DNA of 59,887 nucleotides from a virus (taxonomy: Duplodnaviria > Caudoviricetes), in the IMG/VR virus record IMGVR_UViG_3300018017_000005, positions 1 through 59,887 of that record; one strand, given 5' to 3'. A program made the translations under genes and the position numbers. The notes under the pieces are model-generated. The model saw only the letters and a program-made list of their open reading frames with translations, did not search any database and was not told the origin of the DNA. Shown in pieces: positions 18,399 to 27,567 of this stretch (positions are counted from its first letter, which is position 1; each line of letters starts with the position of its first letter).

Positions 18399-21300
18399 TA
18401 GTACGCGTGAGTAGGAACGTCTTTAAGCTCAGTATGCGTAAATCGATTGGCCGATGTAAGACCAAACTGGGCTCCGTAAGCCATGCCAGGTATAGGCGAT
18501 ACGCCGTGCAAATCTGACACAGCGCCCAAAGCGGCACTGCGCATAATACCTTTTCGCAAACCCTCGGTATTCAACTGCGCCATCCAGTCTTCTTGAACCT
18601 CGTGCGGAAGAACGTCGATACCCTTCATAATAGGCGTGTGCTGAATTGGCTGAAGACCTTGTGCAACCAATTGTTTATTGGCCTCTTGAACTTTAGCACG
18701 CGAAGCGTACTGTCCCTTTACCATAGTTTCATGGTCTCCTGGGTCAATAACGCGCGTAAGGTCACTGATAGCGCGTACTACAGTCTCCGTATTTTGGCGA
18801 CGGACACCCTCCCTACCGTAAATATCGTGTAGCTCCGTAGCCAAATGCTCTTGAACCTTCGCCATGTTTCCTGTGACTTCGTACAGGTCGTGCGGATTTA
18901 CGTGCGTGCGCGACGGGTCGGTCAGCATATCCCCGGCGTTAACCTTCATACCGACCTTGATTCCAGACCAAGTGTCACCACCTGGAAGACGCGTAGCCTC
19001 AACACCAGGTAATGGCTTAAACAATGGATTGCCACGAGCATCGTTAGGCAAATGGTGCGCCACGCCACCAATCCAAGCTACGTGGCCTGTAGGATCCTCT
19101 TCAATTTTCTCAATGACCCCAGACTTACTTGCCAGTTGTGCCTGATCAGCGATTACTCGTGGCAGTTGAGTCAACTCTTGCACGCGGTCAAAGTCATTCA
19201 CCAAGCTAGAATTACGCTCAGCAAGCCCTCCTGAATGAAATTGTTTGAGCGTAAGCTGAGTAGCTCTTTCTCCTAACGCCTGCGTAGAGAGAATGCCGAC
19301 GTTGGTTCCCAAGGCGTAGTGCTGTCCATTCGATGCAAGCCCAGCACACTTCTGGCAAACGCCTGTACCATTGTCACATTTCATAGTAGATCGCACAAAC
19401 AAAGAGGCGTTTTTGTCTGCTGCTTTTATCGTTGAAGCAAGCTGTGGCGTAACAATGGTGTCTTTCTTGTAAGTCACCCCACCAATCGTGTGGTCTTGCG
19501 CAAGCGTGCGGTCGAATACATCCTGAGAATGTACAGGGATAGAAATACCGTTCTCGGTACCGCAATCATGCGCAGTTACCTGCAACCCCATGGTTGTGTT
19601 CATAAGCTGCTTGGTGAAATAACCAGGCTCTCTCACCTCTTGCACTTTGAGCACAGAACCACGACGGGCACCCGACATCGAACGCCAGTAAGAAGCAAGG
19701 TCTAACCCCTCCGTATAGCTCTTTGTAATAGGATCGGGGATGACATGGTTATTGCTGTCCACCATCAGCATAGGCGCCAAGCGCAGCTGACGATATTGAA
19801 TCGCGCTGGGCTTTACACCTGCCTGCTGCATCAACGCCAAATTATTTGGATTCTTAACGTTCTTAGCCGCGTGCTCTTTCTCCATCTTCTCTGTAGCGTC
19901 GAACCAGGCAGTCACAACGTGATGCTCCTTCTCAGCATCACTGAGGTCTGTACGCGCCTGAATCTGATCTACCTTTTTCTTAGCTTCGGCTACGATAGGA
20001 TCCCTAAGCCCTTTGTCGGGAGTAAAATCGTTAAGGCTGAATGAGTGCGTGCCCACAGCTATGTCTGTGCCGTTCAGCGCAGGATGCGTCATCGGGATTA
20101 CACCGAAAGAGGTATTGAACCCCAAGCGCATGAGCTTAGAAGCTGAATCTGCAAAATCTGGCTTATGGTCTTTAGCAAGTTTCGTGTAAAGCTTATCTAC
20201 TCCTTTTTTATCCAGTGTCATACCCAGATTATGCAGAACGTCTTGCTGCATTGGAGCCGGGACAGCGGCAGACAAAAGCACACGACCCGCTGTAGTTACT
20301 TTGTTACCTACAGTTGCCTGATCTGTAACGCTAAGATGCCCCTCTTGTACAGCTTTCAATAAATCTTCGTGCGTATCAAAGACCTTTTTGCTGTCCCCAG
20401 TAACGCGCGAAAGCTTGAACAGACCAAGATTTGATTCCAGCGTAGGCTGATAAACAACCCTACCGCTCGATTCGCTGGTGATGTTGTTTGAGGGAAGCAT
20501 GCGCTTTGCCTCTTCTACCGCATCATGTCCTATGGGCACGAATGCAGCCATCGTGTCCCAGACAACCAAACCGCCGTTTACGGCAAAAACTTTTGTCTCT
20601 GGAACAACCAAGTCGTACACGCGTTGTTTACCCAGAGACACTACAGAATCAATCAGGTCCCAATGAACGTCTGTAGCCAACACTAAGCGCCCCCACGCAT
20701 CGATACCTTCAATATTGGCGGCTTTTAGATAACCCAAGGCTTTTACAGCAGACGCTCTTGACAGGTAAGGTGCCTCTTTACGAACGGATTTAACAGTCGC
20801 TAGCTCGCTAGAAAAGGACGCGTCGGCGCCACATGGTTCCTTACTCAATGCGAGCAGCTCAAGTAATCTATGCGTGATCGGTACAATGTCTAAGTTATCC
20901 TTAAGTAACGTAGAAGGCGCCGAGATAAAGCTATTAGAATAAGGCCCTTCATGCGGAATATGACGCAAGACCGGAGAAAGACGTCCTATAGCCTGCGCTG
21001 GCGATAAATCTCGTACCTCTCCAGTCTCGTGGTCGTATACACATAGAGATTCATTCATGGAGGCTTCTACACTTAGACCCCTACGCATCGTGATGCGTGC
21101 GGTATCGCAGCCTTCTTCGATAGTAATATCTGTAGCCTTAGCCATTATACTATCTGCTGTCGCATGGTGGTAAGACCAAACCTCAATACCGGGCGGGAGC
21201 GAGTAAACAGACGCACCGTGCCTATCTACGCGACGTGTCGCTGCGAGATAAGGAATGTCCTTCAGCGCTGCATCTACCAGGTAACCCTGCGATGTCCTTG

Positions 21301-24300
21301 CAAGGATCTTCGTACTACCAGCAAATTTCATAGGTGACTCCTGAGGCCTAGCAAGCGCCTCAGGAGAGTCACGCCATAGCGCTTCAGGAATTGTCAAGGC
21401 TACTCTTGTACGACCTACAAAACAGTTACCATCAAAGTCCGCACCGAGGCCACCTGTTACTAGTGGGTGTATTCGAATTGCTTTACCTGGAGCGCGCTGC
21501 GCCCAAAATGCTTGAACACTGTGCTTATGCAGAACTGGGTCTCGCTTAAGCAAAACAGGTCGTTCCGCCATAACTCTATCCAGCGCTTTGTAAACAAGAG
21601 GATCTTTCTTACCTTGTTCAGCAAGCAAGGTATGCGCCTCTCGTGGAGTACTGGCGGCACCTAGCTCTTGAAGCTTTTGTACGACAAAAGGTCGAAACAG
21701 ATCCAACGCCTTCTTTTCTGGCAATCCGACGTAATCCAAATGAAGCCCGGCGTCTGGGGTTATTGTTCCGCGCATAGATAGGTCTTGTCGCCGGGACAAA
21801 AGAGTATCCTGGAACATACCTGTTTTAGGCGCACGGCCAGCAATCTGTAAAAGGATTCCCTTGGGATTCGTTCCGCGCTTTTCCCAGTTCTCTCCAACTC
21901 CCATAAGCGCCTTTACACTATCGTACAAAGCAGCTCTGTCTTCTTGTTTATCGTGGTCGCTCAAATACTTATAGTTGGGCCCCTGCATCTGAGATGCGAT
22001 ACCACCCGCTTGAACATAGAGCTTATTCAGATCCGCCTGCAGAATGTTGCCATTAGGCAGCACGCCAACAGGGCGCATAATAGGAGGAATAACAGGCAGA
22101 TTATTTAGGATATAAGCGTCTTTTGGATGAATTCCCGCTGTATCCAGCGCGGACAAATATCTTACGCGCTTTGACAGCGCATCGATCTTTTCTGTCCCAG
22201 TTCTATGCGCTATATTCTCTGGGATCTTGTACTTATCCAAATCCTTTTGCGCCTGAGCCAACTCTGCCTTTAGGTCAATGCGCTCCAACAAATGCGCGAT
22301 GCCAGGCCCTCCTGCTTTGGCGCCCTCAGTGCCTAAAGGTACAATCTTCCCATCCTTTACCGCGGATTTGCCCTCGATAATATCCGCATAAGCACCCTGT
22401 TTTAGCCCTAGTACCTTTTGAATAGCATCTTCAAAAATTGGGTTAGGCACAGGCTCTGGTAATTTGATGTGGGACCAATTGGTACCATTTAATCCGCCCG
22501 TAATTACAGGATCAAGCACTCCGCCTTTTCTAGGTACAGGCTCCCCGTGCCTATCCATTTTTGTGTAAAGGGCATAAGCCGGCTCAGGCAGCTCCCCCTT
22601 GCTCATGGACAACACCTGCTTATCCGTCATCGGCATGACTTGAATTTGATGCCCCTTTTTTACGACATCAATTCCGGCCGCGCGGAGCATGTCCTCGAAT
22701 TTCTGGAAGGCAAATGTCTTCTTGGGTGGTGGCGGAGTCTCTCCTGTTTGAATCGCTCGCCATACTTCGTTATGAAGACTGTCCCACTTCTCTTTACGGT
22801 CTGGACCTTCGCTCTTCCAAGTTTGGAATTCCCTTATATTATGTACCGCTCCATGTCCGAGAAGGCCGTACATGCCTAGATTACCCATGGACTGCCCACC
22901 CGTCTTACCTCCTTGAGATGGCAGCAGTGTCTCCGCGTCATAAGACTCAGGCTCTGCCCCTTCCAATGGCATACCCGACCTGGCGCTCACCTTTTTATCG
23001 ATCTGGAAATTGAGCTGAAGCATGTGCTGTTTACCTGTAAGCGCATGCCCCAAAGAGTGACCGCTAATTGGATCAATCAGCTCTTCTGTGTCCGATAATC
23101 CATGAGTAGCCAGCTCCTTTTTGACCCTATCGAGCGCATCAACACCGGGCTCAAAATTGTTAACGATGTAGGGCTTACCTGTCTTCTCAGCGATCTTAGA
23201 CGCGACAGTTTCAAGTATCTGTCCAGGATTAATACGCCCTGGGACACCGCTTGGGCTAAGGAGAGCTTCTAATGGAGTCCCGTCCACCGTATGTGGCATA
23301 TCTTTGTCTGGCAAGATACATGAAATTACGCCTTTGTTGCCCGCTCTTGCACTGAGCTTAGACCCTACCTGGAGAGGCTCTACTGTCTTTACGTGCACAG
23401 TTACATTGCCACTGCTATCTCTGCGCACACCCACTACTTCTCCTGGGTGATCACCCTTCCAAGCAAGGCTGGTGTCTAGCGTCTGGCTACCTAGGCTTTT
23501 ACGAATTTTACTAAGCGAAAAAGAGCCGTGGGATTCAAATGGCCTTGAAGCCACAACGAGCGGATCGCCAGGCTTAACTATCTGGCCTACGCGAACAATG
23601 CCCTCGTCATCCAGCCCAGCGAGCTGGCTCTTTTCATACGCAGTAGGGTGCAGTGCCTTAAACTTCGATAGGCCGGTAATTGCGTCTGGGCCCAAGGTAA
23701 CTGATGGCTTATGCATGTGCTCGCTAGCCATTTTCTGAGCCGCGGTTTCGCTAACTACAATCCCATCCTCAAAATTCAAGCCCTTGTAATTTACGTAGCC
23801 AACCCTGAGGTTCTTGCCTAGAGCCAACGTGCCATTACGCGTGAAGTTATTATCAGCCAACAGCTGCCCACTCTTTACCTCATCACCTTCTTTAACAACC
23901 GGGGTGCTGTGCAAAACAGCCTTAGCGTCATTAAGCGGGTAATTGTTATAGATGCTAACGCGCTGTTCTTTACCATCTTTTCCTGTGAGCGTAATAGCAT
24001 CAGGTGTTACTGAAGTAACCTTACCCTCAATAGGAGCGATGTGAGCCGACTGGCGTCCAATAAAATCCTCAAAGGTCCGAACACCTTCTTGGCGCCCTGT
24101 ACCTGACTGAACGAGCGGCGCATCACGGTCATGAAGACTAATAGCCTGCTCGATGTGGTGTGTGGCGTAGCTGACCCTATTCCCAGAGTTATTCCCCATA
24201 AAAGGGATGAGGTTAGTGGTGTAACTAAATAGCTGACTGGGACTACGCATTACGTAGTCGGCGTCCTCAAACTTGCCAGTACCCAGATCATTACCCTTTT

Positions 24301-25687
24301 TTGACAGGGCTACGGTTTTAGCGACAGGAGTGGGCGTGTTCTTGTTCCATGTAACCTGGTCAGGAAGAACAACTACTGAATTGTGGTAAGCAACTGGGTC
24401 AATCTTGTCCATCTTCTTTGTCTTCAGGTTAAAGACAGAGATAACTGGATTGTTGCCCTCTTTAGTAACTCCTAGAGGAAGGCGGCAAGTAATACCTGTC
24501 TTACCACCTTCTGGCGTCGCCAACCCATCCAAAAAACCGAGATGGCTAGGACTTACCAGTTTGGCCGAATCGCTAATAGCGTTCTCGCTTTGAATTCCAC
24601 CAGGACCCATAATGGTGGTTTGAAAGCTGGAGGAGAGCATCTCAACGGGGTTTACTTGGTCGGCATCTCTAGCCAACGAGTTTGCTGTAAACGTGGCTTT
24701 TACCGGTGCGTCGAACATGCCCCCGCGAACTACCTGACGAATACTTGTAGCGGTGTTGATCTGCCTATCCGTGCGTGCCTTCAATGCCGCCTTCGTCTTC
24801 CAGGCGCTTAAACTGTCTTTGGCGAAATCAGCTACTGTACGAAGATCCTTAAACGCCAAACTATCCCGCTCATCTTCTGGGATATCACCGCGCTGCACCC
24901 CAATCATTTTTGTGGTGGTGTCGTGCAGCACAGCACCGTTTACATTGGCGTAAGGCTTGCCTAACGTGATGAGTGTAGAATCAGGACGAAGCTTAGACTC
25001 TGCCATGGTATCAATGAAATACTGCCTCGCTTCTTCCGTGCTACCTGGCGCCCTCTTCTTGTCTGCCTTATAAAAGCGCTCCAGAGCCGTACCCGTTGCT
25101 CTTGCGCTTCTATTAGCCGCCAAGATGCCCTTACCCCAGGATTTCTGAAGAGTGTCGTCATCGACACCAAGCTCTTTCATCAAGGGATATACGGGGATAT
25201 TCTCAGAGGTACCGCGCGACATAGAAAAAACGTGTGTCTTTGGGTCCAACGTAACGTCAAAACGGTTCTTACCCTGAACATTGAACTGAGTTTTTAGCTC
25301 GCCGTTCTCTTTACGCTGCGTGTACGCACCAGGCTTAAGACGCCACTGGTTATCGAATTGGCACTCGCGGCCATCGACAATGTACGAATAGCGCTGTGTC
25401 ATGTAGGGCAAATCGGTAAGCTTGATCGTCTTTTTATCAACGACCGCTCCTGTGTCGTTGTTTTTCATAACAAGCGTACCGAAAACAGGCACTGCCCAAG
25501 ATTGTCCATTGATCTTGGCTTGATGCTGACCTGTAATGTCAGACATGTCCTTATCGCCCTCGCGGACATCCAAGGATTCCAGGTGAATGCTCTGCTTGGA
25601 CCCCACGATAGGAAAATGAGATCGAATCCCATCGACTACGTTTTGCTGCAAGTCGGCAAACGCTTTCTTAGGGTCTAGATAGGCCAT
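18398..25687 (-). CDS. rpoBC: Fused beta-beta' multisubunit DNA-directed RNA polymerase (2429 aa including intein-like insert)
   Basis: Beta motifs: TPEGGKTG, NLIPF, LALGKNL..GLNFEDGIVVSE, GSKLSARAGNKGVIS, GVPGRINPGQILE, GGQSMG. Beta' motifs in the same frame: LPVIPPIMRP, VLLKRDPVLHK, GADFDG, bridge helix SGARRG..GYFTKQL, CxxC Zn site, trigger loop QLTLKQFHSGG. Confidence 0.95.
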   Translation of the reverse strand: MAYLDPKKAFADLQQNVVDGIRSHFPIVGSKQSIHLESLDVREGDKDMSDITGQHQAKINGQSWAVPVFGTLVMKNNDTGAVVDKKTIKLTDLPYMTQRYSYIVDGRECQFDNQWRLKPGAYTQRKENGELKTQFNVQGKNRFDVTLDPKTHVFSMSRGTSENIPVYPLMKELGVDDDTLQKSWGKGILAANRSARATGTALERFYKADKKRAPGSTEEARQYFIDTMAESKLRPDSTLITLGKPYANVNGAVLHDTTTKMIGVQRGDIPEDERDSLAFKDLRTVADFAKDSLSAWKTKAALKARTDRQINTATSIRQVVRGGMFDAPVKATFTANSLARDADQVNPVEMLSSSFQTTIMGPGGIQSENAISDSAKLVSPSHLGFLDGLATPEGGKTGITCRLPLGVTKEGNNPVISVFNLKTKKMDKIDPVAYHNSVVVLPDQVTWNKNTPTPVAKTVALSKKGNDLGTGKFEDADYVMRSPSQLFSYTTNLIPFMGNNSGNRVSYATHHIEQAISLHDRDAPLVQSGTGRQEGVRTFEDFIGRQSAHIAPIEGKVTSVTPDAITLTGKDGKEQRVSIYNNYPLNDAKAVLHSTPVVKEGDEVKSGQLLADNNFTRNGTLALGKNLRVGYVNYKGLNFEDGIVVSETAAQKMASEHMHKPSVTLGPDAITGLSKFKALHPTAYEKSQLAGLDDEGIVRVGQIVKPGDPLVVASRPFESHGSFSLSKIRKSLGSQTLDTSLAWKGDHPGEVVGVRRDSSGNVTVHVKTVEPLQVGSKLSARAGNKGVISCILPDKDMPHTVDGTPLEALLSPSGVPGRINPGQILETVASKIAEKTGKPYIVNNFEPGVDALDRVKKELATHGLSDTEELIDPISGHSLGHALTGKQHMLQLNFQIDKKVSARSGMPLEGAEPESYDAETLLPSQGGKTGGQSMGNLGMYGLLGHGAVHNIREFQTWKSEGPDRKEKWDSLHNEVWRAIQTGETPPPPKKTFAFQKFEDMLRAAGIDVVKKGHQIQVMPMTDKQVLSMSKGELPEPAYALYTKMDRHGEPVPRKGGVLDPVITGGLNGTNWSHIKLPEPVPNPIFEDAIQKVLGLKQGAYADIIEGKSAVKDGKIVPLGTEGAKAGGPGIAHLLERIDLKAELAQAQKDLDKYKIPENIAHRTGTEKIDALSKRVRYLSALDTAGIHPKDAYILNNLPVIPPIMRPVGVLPNGNILQADLNKLYVQAGGIASQMQGPNYKYLSDHDKQEDRAALYDSVKALMGVGENWEKRGTNPKGILLQIAGRAPKTGMFQDTLLSRRQDLSMRGTITPDAGLHLDYVGLPEKKALDLFRPFVVQKLQELGAASTPREAHTLLAEQGKKDPLVYKALDRVMAERPVLLKRDPVLHKHSVQAFWAQRAPGKAIRIHPLVTGGLGADFDGNCFVGRTRVALTIPEALWRDSPEALARPQESPMKFAGSTKILARTSQGYLVDAALKDIPYLAATRRVDRHGASVYSLPPGIEVWSYHHATADSIMAKATDITIEEGCDTARITMRRGLSVEASMNESLCVYDHETGEVRDLSPAQAIGRLSPVLRHIPHEGPYSNSFISAPSTLLKDNLDIVPITHRLLELLALSKEPCGADASFSSELATVKSVRKEAPYLSRASAVKALGYLKAANIEGIDAWGRLVLATDVHWDLIDSVVSLGKQRVYDLVVPETKVFAVNGGLVVWDTMAAFVPIGHDAVEEAKRMLPSNNITSESSGRVVYQPTLESNLGLFKLSRVTGDSKKVFDTHEDLLKAVQEGHLSVTDQATVGNKVTTAGRVLLSAAVPAPMQQDVLHNLGMTLDKKGVDKLYTKLAKDHKPDFADSASKLMRLGFNTSFGVIPMTHPALNGTDIAVGTHSFSLNDFTPDKGLRDPIVAEAKKKVDQIQARTDLSDAEKEHHVVTAWFDATEKMEKEHAAKNVKNPNNLALMQQAGVKPSAIQYRQLRLAPMLMVDSNNHVIPDPITKSYTEGLDLASYWRSMSGARRGSVLKVQEVREPGYFTKQLMNTTMGLQVTAHDCGTENGISIPVHSQDVFDRTLAQDHTIGGVTYKKDTIVTPQLASTIKAADKNASLFVRSTMKCDNGTGVCQKCAGLASNGQHYALGTNVGILSTQALGERATQLTLKQFHSGGLAERNSSLVNDFDRVQELTQLPRVIADQAQLASKSGVIEKIEEDPTGHVAWIGGVAHHLPNDARGNPLFKPLPGVEATRLPGGDTWSGIKVGMKVNAGDMLTDPSRTHVNPHDLYEVTGNMAKVQEHLATELHDIYGREGVRRQNTETVVRAISDLTRVIDPGDHETMVKGQYASRAKVQEANKQLVAQGLQPIQHTPIMKGIDVLPHEVQEDWMAQLNTEGLRKGIMRSAALGAVSDLHGVSPIPGMAYGAQFGLTSANRFTHTELKDVPTHAY
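20555..21424 (-). mobile_element. Atypical intein/Hint insert (290 aa) inside the RNAP catalytic motif
   Basis: Starts with CFVGRTRV (block A) and ends VYDLVVPETKVFAVNGGLVVWD before T-M. No LAGLIDADG motif was recognised. Block B reads SMNES and the C-terminus is WD rather than HN. Confidence 0.85.
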
Positions 25688-25738
25688 ACCGGCTAGCGTA
25701 CCGCGAGAGGGTTACAAGCCGCAAGAACGCTGAGCTTT

Positions 25739-25760
25739 CAGGCATAACAAGTATGAGGAG
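25739..25760 (+). promoter_or_regulatory. Putative phage promoter motif copy 2 (CAGGCATAACAAGTATGAGGAG)
   Basis: Lies in the divergent gap between the RNAP gene and the plus-strand unit; matches 9417 and 39457. Confidence 0.6.
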
Positions 25761-25765
25761 AGACC

Positions 25766-25924
25766 ATGCCTGACAAGAAAAGTACACAGAAGGCGCAGCT
25801 CGAGCAAGATGTTGAAGACTTGCTCGGATTTGATGAGGGCACAGAAGTATGCCCTCCGACACTGCCAGACCCAGACTGCCAAAAGCTGCTAGAGGAGCAG
25901 CGTAAAGAGCAGGAGAAGAAGTAG
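25766..25924 (+). CDS. Small acidic protein (52 aa, MPDKKSTQ...EQEKK), below the ORF-track cutoff
   Basis: Hand-translated. SD GAGGAG 5 nt before the ATG; first gene after the promoter-like motif. Confidence 0.6.
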   Translation: MPDKKSTQKAQLEQDVEDLLGFDEGTEVCPPTLPDPDCQKLLEEQRKEQEKK

Positions 25925-26018
25925 TTGTTCATATTCGCGGTGGCGGTCGGTGTACTGCAGGGCGTAGCCCTGTGGCTCATCGACCATAGCCGCTTTTTAC
26001 CCTACGAGGAGGCACGAC

Positions 26019-26633
26019 GTGCATCAAATAGGCAACGAAGGGCTCAGAATAATTCCAGGAACACGCCTCCTATCGTCATCCGACTTAGTGGGCAGTAAAT
26101 TCTCAGATCCCAAAAATCCGCATAGGGTGTGGGACATCAATAATGAGCTTTACCCCACCGAAGAGCGTAGTGGCAGGCGGCTTCGTATAAGCGACCAACG
26201 CGGATTTGTGTCGTTTATTACTGAAGCTGACTACCTGCTGCTTAGCGGTCAAGCAAAACCAGGAAATCTCAATTCGTGGTCTGGCGAAGAATTTGGCGAT
26301 ATAGGGGATTACAGACGTGGATGGACTGGGCTACGCGCGTCTTTCGAGGATTTAGAAGATGATCTCTATCTTCGCGAAGCAGACTTGCGAACACAGCATG
26401 CTCGCTACTTTTATCAATGTGTGGGCCGTTGGCCCATAGAGCAAGAGCGCGTCCTTGCAGGTCCGTTTCACATTCAGCGTCTTGTGCATAGGTCCAACAC
26501 CGTAGATGAGCTGCACCACGACTTATTTCTACGTGATGCCCACCCAATTACAGGAGAATACCCCGATACTTCCTTCGAAAACTTGAAGTATCGCTGGGTA
26601 CATGAAGGACAGGAGGCTGTTAAATGGCAATAA
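26019..26633 (+). CDS. Hypothetical protein (204 aa)
   Basis: SD GAGGAGG before the GTG start; overlaps the next gene. Confidence 0.75.
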   Translation: MHQIGNEGLRIIPGTRLLSSSDLVGSKFSDPKNPHRVWDINNELYPTEERSGRRLRISDQRGFVSFITEADYLLLSGQAKPGNLNSWSGEEFGDIGDYRRGWTGLRASFEDLEDDLYLREADLRTQHARYFYQCVGRWPIEQERVLAGPFHIQRLVHRSNTVDELHHDLFLRDAHPITGEYPDTSFENLKYRWVHEGQEAVKWQ

Positions 26634-27256
26634 GCGTGCTCGCACAAGAGCATTTGGCGGACAAACAAGTAGAAAAAGAGGGGCACCTGTGCGGTAGCTG
26701 CGGAGAGCATACGTACTCTCGCGTACCGCTTTATCTTCTACATATCGGCCGCGCCGGCGTTCAATACGACGCATCAGGACGACCATCGCAAAAGATTGAA
26801 GCGCTGCTACTAAGTGATGGCTCTTACCGGCATCAACCCTATTTCTTGCACGAAGACTGCTGGGACGAGGCTAAAGACTCTCTGCAGGAGCTACACGAGG
26901 ATCAACCAGCTGTTAAAGTTGATGCATCCAAAGTACTCGTTTTTGCAGAGTGCTTATCCTGCGGCTCTCATATTCTTACTGGAGAGGTAATGGGTGTCAT
27001 CTACGCAGGAGAACTTAGTCTATCTCCACGTGTGCCCAGCGGCCAATGGGCACTCGATTTCGAGACGGTACCACCGTTCGAGTACGTCTGCCTCCCCTGT
27101 CTTAATGACATCAATATGACTGTAATAGAGAATCTATGGGGAGAAGGGCAGCGCATTCTACAAAATAACGAATGCTCTGCAGGCATTATGTCACGTTGTT
27201 GGCGCAACGGGGCATGCGACCAAAATGCTGGCTATTGCACAGCAACAAAGGGGTAA
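26624..27256 (+). CDS. Cys-rich zinc-binding protein (210 aa)
   Basis: CGSC, HEDC, CLSC and CLPC motifs plus a C-terminal Cys cluster; SD AGGAGG. Confidence 0.75.
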   Translation: MAISVLAQEHLADKQVEKEGHLCGSCGEHTYSRVPLYLLHIGRAGVQYDASGRPSQKIEALLLSDGSYRHQPYFLHEDCWDEAKDSLQELHEDQPAVKVDASKVLVFAECLSCGSHILTGEVMGVIYAGELSLSPRVPSGQWALDFETVPPFEYVCLPCLNDINMTVIENLWGEGQRILQNNECSAGIMSRCWRNGACDQNAGYCTATKG

Positions 27257-27567
27257 TGAAGCCAGAACGCGTTTACGTAATTCGACATGCGCTCGATCGC
27301 TTACGTGAGAGGTGGCCTGAGGCTACCGCCTTGAGCGATCGAGCCTTGCGGCAACAAATAGAAGGCAACATCGCAAAGGCAGAAAAACAGCAAACAGCGC
27401 TACGCACCCCTGGAGGTACTTATATACCGTTTCTATTAGGGGACAAGCACGGTTTTCTCGTCGTTCAAAACAGCAAAGTAATTACTATTTTAGGCTCCGA
27501 ATATTGCGGAGACGTGACTGATTTTCTTACAGAGCGAAAGCAGGAGAAAGAGAATGGATCGATTTGA
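27256..27567 (+). CDS. Small protein with HA-x2-R-x2-ER motif (RelE/BECR-like fold candidate), 103 aa
   Basis: Start trimmed to ATG 27256 (TAATG coupling). Has the RHALDRLRERW helix and terminal strand KVITIL. Confidence 0.55.
   Translation: MKPERVYVIRHALDRLRERWPEATALSDRALRQQIEGNIAKAEKQQTALRTPGGTYIPFLLGDKHGFLVVQNSKVITILGSEYCGDVTDFLTERKQEKENGSI

Noticed and set aside
20558-21427. Group I intron explanation for the RNAP insert (exon ends in U, insert ends in G, and removal restores GGT GAC)
   Set aside because: The boundary nucleotides fit, but that can easily be chance. The whole 870 nt is an open frame with Hint motifs at both ends, and no P/Q/R/S core was recognised. Kept only as an RT-PCR control.
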